Source: Pseudomonadota bacterium
GTDB lineage: Bacteria > Desulfobacterota > Desulfobacteria > Desulfobacterales > JBDRRP01
Direction of reading: 5' to 3'
Length of the DNA stretch: 64,000 nt
Assembly: GCA_043825735.1 (NCBI GenBank)
Contig: JBDRRP010000152.1
Span: forward strand, 1 to 64,000
In this document: one piece after another, positions 1 through 9,980 of the stretch
Layout of the letters: every line of letters begins with the position of its first letter
Numbering within the stretch: the stretch's first letter is position 1
Made by a program: the position numbers and the translations under genes
Notes under the pieces: model-generated
What the model saw: only the letters and a program-made list of their open reading frames with translations
Database searches by the model: none
Told to the model about the DNA's origin: nothing

Positions 1-785
1 TAATAGTGAAGGATTTTTTCCCGCTGGGGCCGGGTATGGATAAGCGCTTCGTACATATCCACCAAACCGATGATCTGAGCATACTCATGGATTTCATCCT
101 CTTTGAGACCTCTTGGGTATCCAGAACCGTCTACGCGTTCATAAATCTGAAGGGTGCACTCAGCAAGATAGGCATAACTTTCACCAAATTGCCTGAGAAT
201 CTCATACCCCAGTTTTGGGCGCTCCTTGATAAGATGAAACTCCCGGTCGTTCAGCTTTTCCTTTTTATATATGATTTCCTCGGGTATTTTGGCCATCCCG
301 ATATCGTGGAAAAGCCCCACCATTCCCATTTCAATGAGCCGCTCACGCGCATATCCGAGTGTTTCTGCCATTTTGATGGCATAGATGGCGACATTTACCG
401 AATGATTCACCACAAAGTCATAGGAGTCATCCGAATGAATGGCTTTTAGAAACAAGGCGTCCATGGGTGAACGGATATCGACAATCCGCTCTAAAATTGC
501 GTAACCGGGTTCGAGAGGAAAAGAGTGGTCCTCACGAACTGCAGACATCACCCCGCTCAAGTACTGGGTCGCCTGACGGTAGAGGCTTCTGCGGGCTTCG
601 TCGGATTGCCGGTCCGTACTCCCAGATTTCTGGAGTTGTTTTGGCACTGCCTCAGTCGGGGCTTTCTTTTTAGCCCCATCCATGGTGGCGAGCCGCCGGA
701 AGCTGAGCCCCTGATCTGATCCGGGTTTTTCTTTCATCGATTCATCCCCTTGGTGGGGTAACCGTTCTAAATTACTGAATTTCAT
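1..785 (-). CDS. HD-GYP domain protein, 3' end runs off window; metal-ligand histidines partly substituted
   Basis: Not in ORF track (no stop in window). Manual translation: open frame from ATG 785 (SD-like ACAGGA) containing NHSVNV, FHDIGMAKIP, QIYERVDGSGYPRGL, VDMYEAL..RP. Confidence 0.85.
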   Translation of the reverse strand, partial: MKFSNLERLPHQGDESMKEKPGSDQGLSFRRLATMDGAKKKAPTEAVPKQLQKSGSTDRQSDEARRSLYRQATQYLSGVMSAVREDHSFPLEPGYAILERIVDIRSPMDALFLKAIHSDDSYDFVVNHSVNVAIYAIKMAETLGYARERLIEMGMVGLFHDIGMAKIPEEIIYKKEKLNDREFHLIKERPKLGYEILRQFGESYAYLAECTLQIYERVDGSGYPRGLKEDEIHEYAQIIGLVDMYEALIHTRPQREKILHY

Positions 786-973
786 AATTCCTGTCGCACT
801 ATGGCTCCGGCCTCTAAACCGGTTATTGTTAATATATAGGTACCACGAAGGTCAACAACAAGATGGCTACAGATCCTAACTTTTTGAAATGTTTTTGGAT
901 TCTGCATATTCTATCGCCTGAATTCACACCTAAAAAGTGAAACAGTTAACTCGACTTCCTGCCAAAGCACATA

Positions 974-990
974 AGCAACAATTGTACCAA
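974..990 (-). promoter_or_regulatory. sigma54-type -24/-12 promoter upstream of HD-GYP gene
   Basis: Minus strand TTGGTACAATTGTTGCT = GG-N10-GC matching TGGYAC-N5-TTGCW, ~190 nt upstream of ATG 785. Confidence 0.6.
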
Positions 991-1015
991 TCTATGTCAA
1001 GTCTGACTATTATCT

Positions 1016-1155
1016 ATCCATAGGAAGCCTCTTGCTCCCTCTCCCTTGATGGGAGAGGGTTGGGGTGAGGGTGACAACCCACCGAGAACAAAGGATAATC
1101 GTATATCGCCCCTCCCCCTCCCCTGGCCCCTCCCACAAGGGGAGGGGTATTCATG
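1016..1155. repeat. Palindromic REP-like doublet (CCCTCTCCC..GGGAGAGGG type), copy 1
   Basis: Two GC-rich hairpins; similar direct copy at 2681-2822. Confidence 0.8.
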
Positions 1156-1333
1156 CTTGGACTCTAACTAACATATTGTTTAAATGCTGAAAAACCTGCT
1201 CTTCAAGCACAGGAGCATGGTTAAAAATCCCTCCAAATCAAGGACATAAGTCCAAAATCTCGAAATATTGTCGATCTATATAACAATTTTTGTAGTCTTT
1301 TTGAATTTCACATAAGCCGACTCAAATGAGTTT

Positions 1334-1466
1334 TATGGCTATGTAAAAAATCGATTTTCTTCTTTTTGATATCACTCCGGCTTAGACAGGGGTTCTGTAA
1401 ATTCAGATACTTCTGGATGCCGGCCTTCACCGTAATGACGAGAAACAACCTTTTTACGGATCCATC
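1334..1466. mobile_element. Degenerate miniature inverted-repeat element (family A) with CGTC-REP-like cargo
   Basis: Ends TATGGCTATGTAAAAAAT / CCTTTTTACGGATCCATC resemble TIRs at 26916, 34926, 58060; flanks degenerate. Confidence 0.5.
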
Positions 1467-1501
1467 GATGTTACCAAGGCATTACAAAATATTTCCTATG
1501 A

Positions 1502-2656
1502 TCAACAATTTTTCGAAGATCGCGCCGACCGCTCAAGTACCGTTACCAACGCGACCAGAAAGATAGCTTGAATCAAAAGCACGATCGCATCAAGGGTGGT
1601 GGCATTCCTCAGGGCAACCGCACTGCACCCGAAGCATACACTGAGCAAATAGATGAAGAAGACGCTGCGCTTTTGGCCACCAAGGACCGCGGATATGCGA
1701 TGATGCAGGTGGTCATGGCCGACATAATCGATCCACTCCCTGAAATTGTGAACTCTCCCTGAGATGATTCGGTCTACCGTAATATGAACCATATCAAAGA
1801 TCAGAATCCAGAAAATGAGAATGGGGGCAGCGATAGCGGAGAAATGGTTCCCTGGGTTCCAGTCCCCATAAACCGCCACACAGGACAGGACAAATCCGAT
1901 CACGGTGCTGCCGGCATCCCCAAGGAAGATGGTGGCTCGCCCTCTTTTCAAAAGGTTGTAAGGGATAAAGCCCAAGCAACTACCAAGCATCGCAGCAGCA
2001 ACCCACCCCAAAAATGGTTGGTCCGATTGAAATGCGACGACGCCCAGGAAAAAAGAGATGATGACACCTAAACCGGATGCCATACCGTCCATACCATCAA
2101 AAAAATTCAGTGCGTTGGTAATCCCAGTGATCCATAAAAGTGTCAATGCATAATTGAGAATATCAGCCAAGACACCGTAATGTGCAGGCATAACTCTCAA
2201 CACGACGCCATGGAATAATACGATCCCAACGCAAATCAGCTGAACGACCAATTTGATCTTAGCTGGAATCTCTCTGACATCATCGATGATGCCAACGACA
2301 AACAGCAAGGCAGCCGCGAGCAAAATAGCCGCCAGCTCAGGGGAATATATACCATTGATCACAATGGCGAGAATGAACGCGGTAAATATCGCGGCGCCTC
2401 CTAACAAAGGCGTCGCCTCAGCATGATTCTTCCGCCGATCGGGGATGTCGAGTGCAAAAAGACGATACGCAGTCCACCGAGCTATCGGTGTCAAACAAAA
2501 AGACAATGAAAAGGAAAGAAACACGATATATAGCCAGCGGACCCCCTGTTCATTGAAATAGTCTCGTGAAAACGGTGCCAATAAGACAAACACGACAAGG
2601 AGTATTGGAATATAATGCCGCCACCAAATTCCGTTTCTGTTGTGAGTTCCACTCAA
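1502..2656 (-). CDS. WecA/MraY-family polyprenyl-phosphate sugar-1-phosphate transferase
   Basis: Multi-TM; GIIDD, NALNFFDGMDG, FLGDAGS, HLHHR motifs. Confidence 0.9.
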   Translation of the reverse strand: MSGTHNRNGIWWRHYIPILLVVFVLLAPFSRDYFNEQGVRWLYIVFLSFSLSFCLTPIARWTAYRLFALDIPDRRKNHAEATPLLGGAAIFTAFILAIVINGIYSPELAAILLAAALLFVVGIIDDVREIPAKIKLVVQLICVGIVLFHGVVLRVMPAHYGVLADILNYALTLLWITGITNALNFFDGMDGMASGLGVIISFFLGVVAFQSDQPFLGWVAAAMLGSCLGFIPYNLLKRGRATIFLGDAGSTVIGFVLSCVAVYGDWNPGNHFSAIAAPILIFWILIFDMVHITVDRIISGRVHNFREWIDYVGHDHLHHRISAVLGGQKRSVFFIYLLSVCFGCSAVALRNATTLDAIVLLIQAIFLVALVTVLERSARSSKNC

Positions 2657-2680
2657 AACGAACTATCCTTATGCGAGCAC

Positions 2681-2822
2681 ATCCATGAGAGACCTCTTGC
2701 TCCCTCTCCCTTGAAGCTGGAGATGGGCTGGGGTGGGGGTAACACAACCCATCGATAACAAGAGATCATCTTATATCGCCCCCCCTCCCCCGTCCCCTCC
2801 CGCCAGGGGAGGGATATTAATG
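2681..2822. repeat. Palindromic REP-like doublet, copy 2
   Basis: Direct repeat of 1016-1155 (shared CCTCTTGCTCCCTCTCCCTTGA and TATATCGCCCC..CCCCTCCC..GGGGAGGG). Confidence 0.8.
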
Positions 2823-3199
2823 GCTACACAATAGATATCGATCGATCTCCAATTTTCTCACAAAATTCACTGAGGCCACCGCACCTTCTTGCCTAGCAAA
2901 TGACAGTGCCGATGACGAATCAGCTCTTTGCCCTGAAACAGAAAACACCTTCATTGCCGTCTGGCATGCAGTTAATTTCAGAGATGGTAAATGCTCACGG
3001 GGTATTGGGTTTTGGATTGTATCTGGGGGGCTTAAAATGGGTGGGCAAATACGGCAGATTGAACCTTTGGCGGGAAATGATTGCGTTGGATGTGGGTGCA
3101 TGACGGTACTTCCCCGTTTACTTCAACGCACCACTGGCAGAGCGTTTCCAATTATATAGGGGAATTTTATCATTACGTCAATGATATTAGCTGTTTAAA

Positions 3200-3847
3200 T
3201 TATATAGAGCATTCTCCTTTGGGATTGACATTGATAAACAGCCTCAGAGGAACGAACCCTTCAGCAGCTTTTACCCGCCCCTGTATACCCCTGAAGTTGG
3301 CACTGGCATGCGCGATCTGGACGATTGACAAATCCTCTATGTTCGTTTTGTCAATCTGAGATCGGTGTGCCAGGAGTGCATCGATCTTCCGATCTAATGT
3401 ATCGGAAATATTGACAAAAACCTGAGGGCTAAATCCCCAGGTGGTCGGCCCTTCGTAAAAGAGGACATTCCGTAGATTGCGCGCTGCCGATTGGGTCGCC
3501 AGGGACAAATGCCGGTGATCCTGGTGAGTATCGTCCGGGAAGTGACAGAAAATAAAGTGAGGGTTCACCTCTTTGACGACCGCCTCGATCTTATTGACGA
3601 GTTCCTGGTTGACCTGGAGCTGGGTGTCTTCATAGCCGCCCCAGAACACTTTTTCCATTCCCATAATCTGACGAGAATGTTCCTGTTCACGCATCCGAGT
3701 TTCAGCATTTCCCCCTTGACCACCACCGGTCATTATCAGAAGCGACACAGAATGGCCTTGGTCGGCGTATTTGATGATTGTACCGCCGCAGCCGATTTCG
3801 ATATCATCCGGATGCGCACCGATGGCTAGAATATTGATTTTATCCAT
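3200..3847 (-). CDS. PIG-L family deacetylase
   Basis: AHPDD, HQDH, AHRSQ motifs. Confidence 0.9.
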   Translation of the reverse strand: MDKINILAIGAHPDDIEIGCGGTIIKYADQGHSVSLLIMTGGGQGGNAETRMREQEHSRQIMGMEKVFWGGYEDTQLQVNQELVNKIEAVVKEVNPHFIFCHFPDDTHQDHRHLSLATQSAARNLRNVLFYEGPTTWGFSPQVFVNISDTLDRKIDALLAHRSQIDKTNIEDLSIVQIAHASANFRGIQGRVKAAEGFVPLRLFINVNPKGECSI

Positions 3848-3874
3848 TATAAAAACCTTAACAGCAATATTTAT

Positions 3875-3903
3875 CCACAGATTACACAGATTTACACAGA
3901 TTA
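3875..3903. repeat. Triple short tandem repeat CACAGATT(T)A x3
   Basis: cacagatta cacagattta cacagatta in the WbqC/PIG-L spacer. Confidence 0.85.
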
Positions 3904-3924
3904 GACAACAAAAATATCAATAAA

Positions 3925-4608
3925 CTAACTGCTTGCAATGACTTCATAACTATTGGGGCCACAGTTGAATAGCAGATCGATGATTGACATGTGGGATTGA
4001 AAAGTGCCGAAACACTGAGGGTATTGTGGGTGCTGGAACTGCTGCACCATGACCTTGATACCATTGCGATTGAAGGCATCCATATCCATGTATTTTGGAC
4101 CATCCGGACCGGAAAGATAGGTATCTGCTCCAAAATAGTTGCAGATATCAATAAGCCGCATGGTCGGCTCATCACTCAACCCTTCAAGATCCGAGGCCGT
4201 CGCAATGGGTTTATGCCCGACCCCGAGATAGTCTCTTAATAATTGAATCAGCGTCTTGTTCAAATCACAAAGACGTTCCCACTCGCGTTCGTACACACTG
4301 GTTATGATTCCCATGACCTCATCAAAGTACGGCGCTTTCCGGTAATTCGTATTAAGAGCCTGAATGTGTTTTTTCACCCAATGCGTGTTGTTGATAATTT
4401 TAATTTCACATATCTTTTCAGGAAATTGAAAAGATACCGGAACTGTCAACCATTGCCACCCGTTGGCCGTCTTGATCCGGTTGCGGTTTTGCCATTCGTT
4501 CTTTTTGTATTGCACATTGTCTAGTAAACAAAAAGCGTCGGCAACGATCATCTTATGAAAATACCCCATCCAGGGCAAATACTGGGGCTGATGAATGGCG
4601 ACTATCAT
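3925..4608 (-). CDS. WbqC family protein
   Basis: N-terminal HQPQYLPW, QNRNRI, YLSG, SIIDLLFN. Confidence 0.9.
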   Translation of the reverse strand: MIVAIHQPQYLPWMGYFHKMIVADAFCLLDNVQYKKNEWQNRNRIKTANGWQWLTVPVSFQFPEKICEIKIINNTHWVKKHIQALNTNYRKAPYFDEVMGIITSVYEREWERLCDLNKTLIQLLRDYLGVGHKPIATASDLEGLSDEPTMRLIDICNYFGADTYLSGPDGPKYMDMDAFNRNGIKVMVQQFQHPQYPQCFGTFQSHMSIIDLLFNCGPNSYEVIASS

Positions 4609-5798
4609 GCTGCCCCGCGACTTTGATGATTGAATACCAATCGTCGGTAAAGCCCATCGAGTTTTTGAACCATCGCCTCAGTGCTGTATTCCCTGCTCTT
4701 AAGCTTCCCGATTAACCCCATCCGGTGAGCCTTGCCTGGATCTTCGATCAAAGATCCGATGGCCTCAGCCAGTGCCGGGACATCCTCCGACGGGAAAAGA
4801 AGCCCATTGACACCGTCTTCAACCAGATCTGGAATCCCGCCGACATTGGATGCCACGACAGGCCGGCCGGCAGCCATTGCTTCCACGATGACGCGCCCCA
4901 TGCCTTCGTTGCGCGAAGGTAGCACAAAAATATCCAACATCGGCATGATACTCCAGACGTCCTCTCGCCATCCTAAAAAATGGACACGATCAGCGTTTCC
5001 ACTAGTTTTGGAAAGCTCCATTAATTCGTTTTGCATTTCGCCTTTACCGACAAAAACGAGATGCACTTCAGGACAATCCGTCCATAACAACATCATGGCC
5101 TTGAGCAAGATGTCCGGTCCCTTTATCGGTAAAAGCCACCCGACGGTGCCCACTACCTTCGATAACGAACCTAAGCCAATTGCCTGACGCATCTCCTCAA
5201 TATTCGAAGATGTTTCGCTGAAACGATCTAACTCTACACCACTGTGAATTTTAACAAGCTTTTTTGACGTCGTCACGCGCAGCTTTACATAGTCATCGCG
5301 CTCGCCTTGGGTCAAGGCGATGGTGGTGTCAGTAAAACGATCCATCAAACGCTCGATTAAAAGAAAAAGCTTTGACGCGAAGGCGCCAAAATGGCCGTAG
5401 AAAACATGACCGTGTGGGGTATGAATAACAATGGGGGTTCGCGTGACTTTCGCTGCCAAGCGCCCAACGACGCCCGCTTTAGAACTGTGAGTGTGCAATA
5501 CCTGTGGTTTAGTGCGGTTAAGTACACGCACTATTTCAAAAAACGAAAGGATGTCTCTGATTGGTGATGGGCGCCTCAAAAGGTGCCGAAATTGGAGAAT
5601 TTGAACGCCATTTGTTTTCGCACACATCAGACCACCACTGACAGCAGCCGCCTCCGATTCCGTCATTTGCGACTCCGTGGTCGGCCCGAATCCGAGTGAA
5701 ATTTGATAGGAAGACGCTAAACCAGTGCATGATGATAGCGTGTTCTGGGCAGATCCGCCCATGTCCATCCGAGTTATGAGATGCATTACATGAATCAT
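4605..5798 (-). CDS. Glycosyltransferase family 4
   Basis: HTHSSKAG, EGMGRVIVEAM (EX7E), GGIPDLV. Confidence 0.9.
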   Translation of the reverse strand: MIHVMHLITRMDMGGSAQNTLSSCTGLASSYQISLGFGPTTESQMTESEAAAVSGGLMCAKTNGVQILQFRHLLRRPSPIRDILSFFEIVRVLNRTKPQVLHTHSSKAGVVGRLAAKVTRTPIVIHTPHGHVFYGHFGAFASKLFLLIERLMDRFTDTTIALTQGERDDYVKLRVTTSKKLVKIHSGVELDRFSETSSNIEEMRQAIGLGSLSKVVGTVGWLLPIKGPDILLKAMMLLWTDCPEVHLVFVGKGEMQNELMELSKTSGNADRVHFLGWREDVWSIMPMLDIFVLPSRNEGMGRVIVEAMAAGRPVVASNVGGIPDLVEDGVNGLLFPSEDVPALAEAIGSLIEDPGKAHRMGLIGKLKSREYSTEAMVQKLDGLYRRLVFNHQSRGAA

Positions 5799-5805
5799 AG
5801 CGCGC

Positions 5806-7731
5806 TTAAAAAAATCTATCGTACCAGGTTTGAAACATAATCAAGTTCCATATCATCCAGGAGGTGTCGGTCCGATTATTAATGTGTGCATCGGTCAGTG
5901 ATTTGATTACTTGATAGTTGAAAATATTTTGTTTTCCGATTCTATCCTTATTCAGATATTCGTCGATGAGAAACTTCAGGTCGGATTTAAGCCACCGACT
6001 AATAGGCACCTCGAAACCGGCCTTGGGTCTTCGGTAAAGGCTTTTGGGCAAAAATTCCTTAAAAGTCTCCTTGAGCAAATACTTGGTGACGCCCCTGTGC
6101 AGTTTCATCTGACCGGGGATCTGGAAGGCAAACTCGACCACCCGGTGATCCAGAAAAGGGATTCGCACTTCCAGGGAATTTTTCATACTCATCCAGTCGA
6201 CCTTGTTAAGCATGTCTCCAGGAAGTGAATCCTTGGTATCTAGATACAAGACGGCATTGATCGGATCATCTGGGAAGTCTCCCAACCGGTTTCTCACCAG
6301 CTGTAAAGCCAAGTCTTCGCTACCAGGGTCATTCCTTTTCATGATGTTGTTTATGATTTCCCTTGAGAATATTTCATTTAAATTCAGGATTCTCTCTTCG
6401 AATGAGCCCTTTGTGCCAGCCACGAACTTTTTCATTCTCCGAGAATATTCCATGATTCGATTGTCTCTCGAATCCGGCAGGCGCATGACAAGTCGTTCGA
6501 TAAAGTGCTCTCTCAAAATGGCCGGCAACTTCATATACGTTGAAAACCAGTATGGGCCAAGATACGATCGGTACCCGGCAAAAAGTTCGTCACCCCCGTC
6601 TCCTGAAAGGGCAACAGTAACGTGCTTACGCGTTTCTCTGGAGACGATGTATGTCGGAATTGCTGAAGAATCTGAAAAGGGTTCGTCGAACATCGATAGC
6701 ACTTCCGGCAAGGCCTCGAGCATGTCACGCTGCTCGAGTTTGAACTCATGGTGCTCGGTGTTGAAACGTACGGCGACTTCCCTGGCATACCTCGTTTCAT
6801 CATAGAGCGGGTCATCCTTAAAGCCGATTGAGAAAGTTTTTACACGCTTGTCCGAGTGGCCCGCCATCAACCCGACGATGATGCTTGAATCTATACCTCC
6901 ACTTAAAAATGCGCCCAACGGCACATCGGCAATCATCCTTATCCTGACGGCATCACTGAGCACGGTTTTTAGACGTGCCTGCCATTCTCCCATTGAAATC
7001 GTATTTTTGTCTTCAGCATCGCTACCGGTTCCAATATCCCAGTATTTTTTTTGCTCGAAAATACCATTTTCTATTAGAATTCCACATCCTGGTTCAAGCT
7101 TTCGGATACTCTTGAATATGGTACGGGGAGCAGGAATATAACTAAAGGCCATATACAGTTGTATTGCCTCAAAATCGATTTCCTTTGGAATCATAGTGTC
7201 CGAGATTAGGGCTTTTATTTCAGAGGCAAAGCTCAACTGGCGTCCATTCCAGAAATAGACCAGCGGTTTGATACCAAGTCGATCCCGACAGAGCCAGATC
7301 CGTTTCCGCTTAGAATCCCAGATGCAGAAGGCAAACATTCCCTTCAGGTCTTCAACAGCTTCAAGCCCTTTTTCTTCGTACAGGTGAATAATTACTTCGG
7401 TGTCCGTATCACTTCTAAATTGGTGCCCATTTCGCAGAAGGCGCGCTCTAATTTCTTTGAAATTATATATTTCACCATTAAACGTAATCCAGACGGTCCC
7501 GTCTTCATTCGTCATGGGTTGCCGGCCGGAAAGACTCAAGTCAATAATGGAAAGTCGGTTGTGACCAAGTCCAATGTTTAACGCATTTTCACTTTCTGGA
7601 ATAAAAATCCGATCCGTATAAACGCCCTGATCGTCTGGTCCCCGATACGCCATTGTCTGACGCATGCGATCGATTTCTTCCGGCTTTATCGACTCGCGGC
7701 CCCAGGTAAACTTACCACAGATTCCACACAT
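5806..7731 (-). CDS. asnB: Asparagine synthase-type glutamine amidotransferase (polysaccharide amidation)
   Basis: MCGI N-terminus, RGPD, NGEIYN, SGGIDSS, SGDGGDE. Confidence 0.92.
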   Translation of the reverse strand: MCGICGKFTWGRESIKPEEIDRMRQTMAYRGPDDQGVYTDRIFIPESENALNIGLGHNRLSIIDLSLSGRQPMTNEDGTVWITFNGEIYNFKEIRARLLRNGHQFRSDTDTEVIIHLYEEKGLEAVEDLKGMFAFCIWDSKRKRIWLCRDRLGIKPLVYFWNGRQLSFASEIKALISDTMIPKEIDFEAIQLYMAFSYIPAPRTIFKSIRKLEPGCGILIENGIFEQKKYWDIGTGSDAEDKNTISMGEWQARLKTVLSDAVRIRMIADVPLGAFLSGGIDSSIIVGLMAGHSDKRVKTFSIGFKDDPLYDETRYAREVAVRFNTEHHEFKLEQRDMLEALPEVLSMFDEPFSDSSAIPTYIVSRETRKHVTVALSGDGGDELFAGYRSYLGPYWFSTYMKLPAILREHFIERLVMRLPDSRDNRIMEYSRRMKKFVAGTKGSFEERILNLNEIFSREIINNIMKRNDPGSEDLALQLVRNRLGDFPDDPINAVLYLDTKDSLPGDMLNKVDWMSMKNSLEVRIPFLDHRVVEFAFQIPGQMKLHRGVTKYLLKETFKEFLPKSLYRRPKAGFEVPISRWLKSDLKFLIDEYLNKDRIGKQNIFNYQVIKSLTDAHINNRTDTSWMIWNLIMFQTWYDRFF

Positions 7732-7878
7732 ATTCTGTCATAGCTCTTTCATAGATTTTCTTGATCCATTGAAATACAGAATACCTTTTGAGATATTTTG
7801 TGGTCTTCTTTTCAATGGAAATGGTATCTGGTGAAATATGACACGGTAAGCAGGCCGAACTGTCCCGTTTATCACCAT

Positions 7879-9081
7879 TCAACCTCCGCTCAAGATTCGT
7901 TCAGTCATCTTAATGTTTTTATCCCACGAGTACCGATCTTCAACAAATCGCCGACAGCGAATTGTCATTTCCCGCCACCGCTCACTATCCGACCGTAATT
8001 GTTTCACCTTGTCGACAATGACCTCGGATATGCCATCAGCAGAAACGCCATTGAACAGGCATGTCGGATCGAATGCTTCGAGGATCTCTCGAGTCCCACC
8101 AATCGGTGTTCCGATCACCGGTGTTGCGCAGGCCATGGCCTCAAGGGTCACCAGCCCGAAACCTTCCAGTTCTCGTGTCGGCAATACGAACAAATCTGCA
8201 GCGCCATAATATGCAGGCAGTTGATCTTCTGGAATAAATCCAGAAAATCGAATGTGTTCTTGGAGTCCAAGTTGCCTGCAAAGAGATTTGAGCGGCTTTT
8301 CCAGGGTTCCCTCTCCTCCAATCACGAGATAAAGATCGCGGGTCTTCTTCAGCGCTTGATGCATCGCCCTTATAAGGGTTTCGAGCCCCATGCGCGGCAC
8401 TAAGTTGCGAACTGTAAAAAGCAAAACGCCTTTATCGGGCAGTCCGAATTGTCTCTTTATAAACCCGCGGTTTTTGATGGGATGAAACCGCTTCAAATCA
8501 ACCCCTCCAGGTATGATCGCGATTTTACGGGGTTGTATATGATGAATCCTTTTAAGTTTTTCATTAGTATATTGGCTCAGTACAACAATTCGCTCGCACT
8601 TGTCCAAGACTGCCTTTTCAAGGAATCTTCGAATCGACAGATTAAGAAAACGCTTAAGTCGTCTAGAAGATTCCAACGGTTGAGGATTTCGTGAAGCATA
8701 TTCCTCAAAGGACAATGAATGACAGGTGTAAATTTTCCGAGCCTGATTAGTTGTCTTAGAAAAGATGACACTCAGTGCTGTGAATGGCTGGTGAAAATTA
8801 ATGCAATCGTAGTGATAGCGATCCCAAAGTTTGTGAAAAAGCACCTCCCCTCTCCGAATGGTTTGATACAGAGAGGCCGCGCTTTCGGGATTAAAGGGAT
8901 ATCTCCATTCGTGCACGCCATCCACTACTTCAACTTCTTTTTCATGGAAGGGTGTCTGTCGTGTCATAACCTGAACGGTATGACCATTGTCAGCGAGCCG
9001 CCTTGCTTGCTCGTGCAACACCCGCTCCGCACCACCGATAACATCTTGAATCGACACATCAGAAACAAAGAGGATTTTCAA
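7879..9081 (-). CDS. Glycosyltransferase family 4
   Basis: GGAER, EGFGLVTLEAM; start revised to TTG 9081 overlapping upstream stop (TTGA). Confidence 0.88.
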   Translation of the reverse strand: MKILFVSDVSIQDVIGGAERVLHEQARRLADNGHTVQVMTRQTPFHEKEVEVVDGVHEWRYPFNPESAASLYQTIRRGEVLFHKLWDRYHYDCINFHQPFTALSVIFSKTTNQARKIYTCHSLSFEEYASRNPQPLESSRRLKRFLNLSIRRFLEKAVLDKCERIVVLSQYTNEKLKRIHHIQPRKIAIIPGGVDLKRFHPIKNRGFIKRQFGLPDKGVLLFTVRNLVPRMGLETLIRAMHQALKKTRDLYLVIGGEGTLEKPLKSLCRQLGLQEHIRFSGFIPEDQLPAYYGAADLFVLPTRELEGFGLVTLEAMACATPVIGTPIGGTREILEAFDPTCLFNGVSADGISEVIVDKVKQLRSDSERWREMTIRCRRFVEDRYSWDKNIKMTERILSGG

Positions 9082-9980
9082 GTACTGCTTCCCCCTATGC
9101 CTTTTCTCGCGATTACCTGCAAAGAGGGACCCCACAGCCAGCGTCCCCCGGAAAGCTTTTCAAGGGACTTGAAAAATCCCCAGATCAGAGCCCTTATGGT
9201 TTCTATGATGCTTTTTGCGATTAACCTCTTGCCGGGAAGGAGATCATCACCGGCAAGGGGTGAGTTGGAGACCTGAATATTTTGGAAGCCCAAATCCATA
9301 AGACAGCGTTTGATGGCTCTCGGTGTAATGGCATATTCATGGAATACAAGAAATGGATTCATGAACTGTTTTGCAGATAGCGCTAAGGACAATCGCATCA
9401 CAAATGAATGAAAATTACCATTCGGGAAACGCAGATAAATAATGCCATTCGATCCAAGGTGATTGTACACTTTTTGAAGTTGCCTGCAGGCATCAACCAT
9501 ATGATCCAAAACATTTATCAGGGTAATGACATCAAACCAATGATCAGTTGGGATATCATCCAAAGTCCCGCATGTGACGTATTCGCCGACAATTGACTTG
9601 GCATAGGCTACTGATTTAAGTGAAGGATCCACGCCTGCTACTTGCCAACCCCGACTTTTCGCCTCGTTCAGGAAAAGGCCGCAACCGCAGCCCAAATCTA
9701 AAATTTTCCCGGAGCCAATAGAATCCTCTATAACATCAAGAATGTATCTGTATATGCTCGTTCTATATCTCGATGTCTGATCTTTGGTGTATTCATCAAA
9801 ATAGTGATTCTGATAGTAAGCGATAGAAGTTTTTATGCCTCTTTTACGCTTTACAAAAATGAGATCACAGGAGGGGCAATTATAGTAAGTGCGGGTGTGA
9901 AAAGGAAAATAGAAATCACTGGCAGTGTGACAATAAGGGCAATTATATTTCTTTCGATCACTGACGCCTGGTGGCCTCAT
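9078..9980 (-). CDS. Class I SAM-dependent methyltransferase with N-terminal CxxC..CxxC
   Basis: CPYC/CPSC; ILDLGCGCG. Confidence 0.85.
   Translation of the reverse strand: MRPPGVSDRKKYNCPYCHTASDFYFPFHTRTYYNCPSCDLIFVKRKRGIKTSIAYYQNHYFDEYTKDQTSRYRTSIYRYILDVIEDSIGSGKILDLGCGCGLFLNEAKSRGWQVAGVDPSLKSVAYAKSIVGEYVTCGTLDDIPTDHWFDVITLINVLDHMVDACRQLQKVYNHLGSNGIIYLRFPNGNFHSFVMRLSLALSAKQFMNPFLVFHEYAITPRAIKRCLMDLGFQNIQVSNSPLAGDDLLPGKRLIAKSIIETIRALIWGFFKSLEKLSGGRWLWGPSLQVIARKGIGGSST

Noticed and set aside
6..449. 147-aa plus-strand ORF
   Set aside because: Antisense shadow of the minus-strand HD-GYP frame
2817..3199. Short ORFs or structured RNA upstream of the WecA-like gene
   Set aside because: No recognisable protein motif, riboswitch or convincing structure
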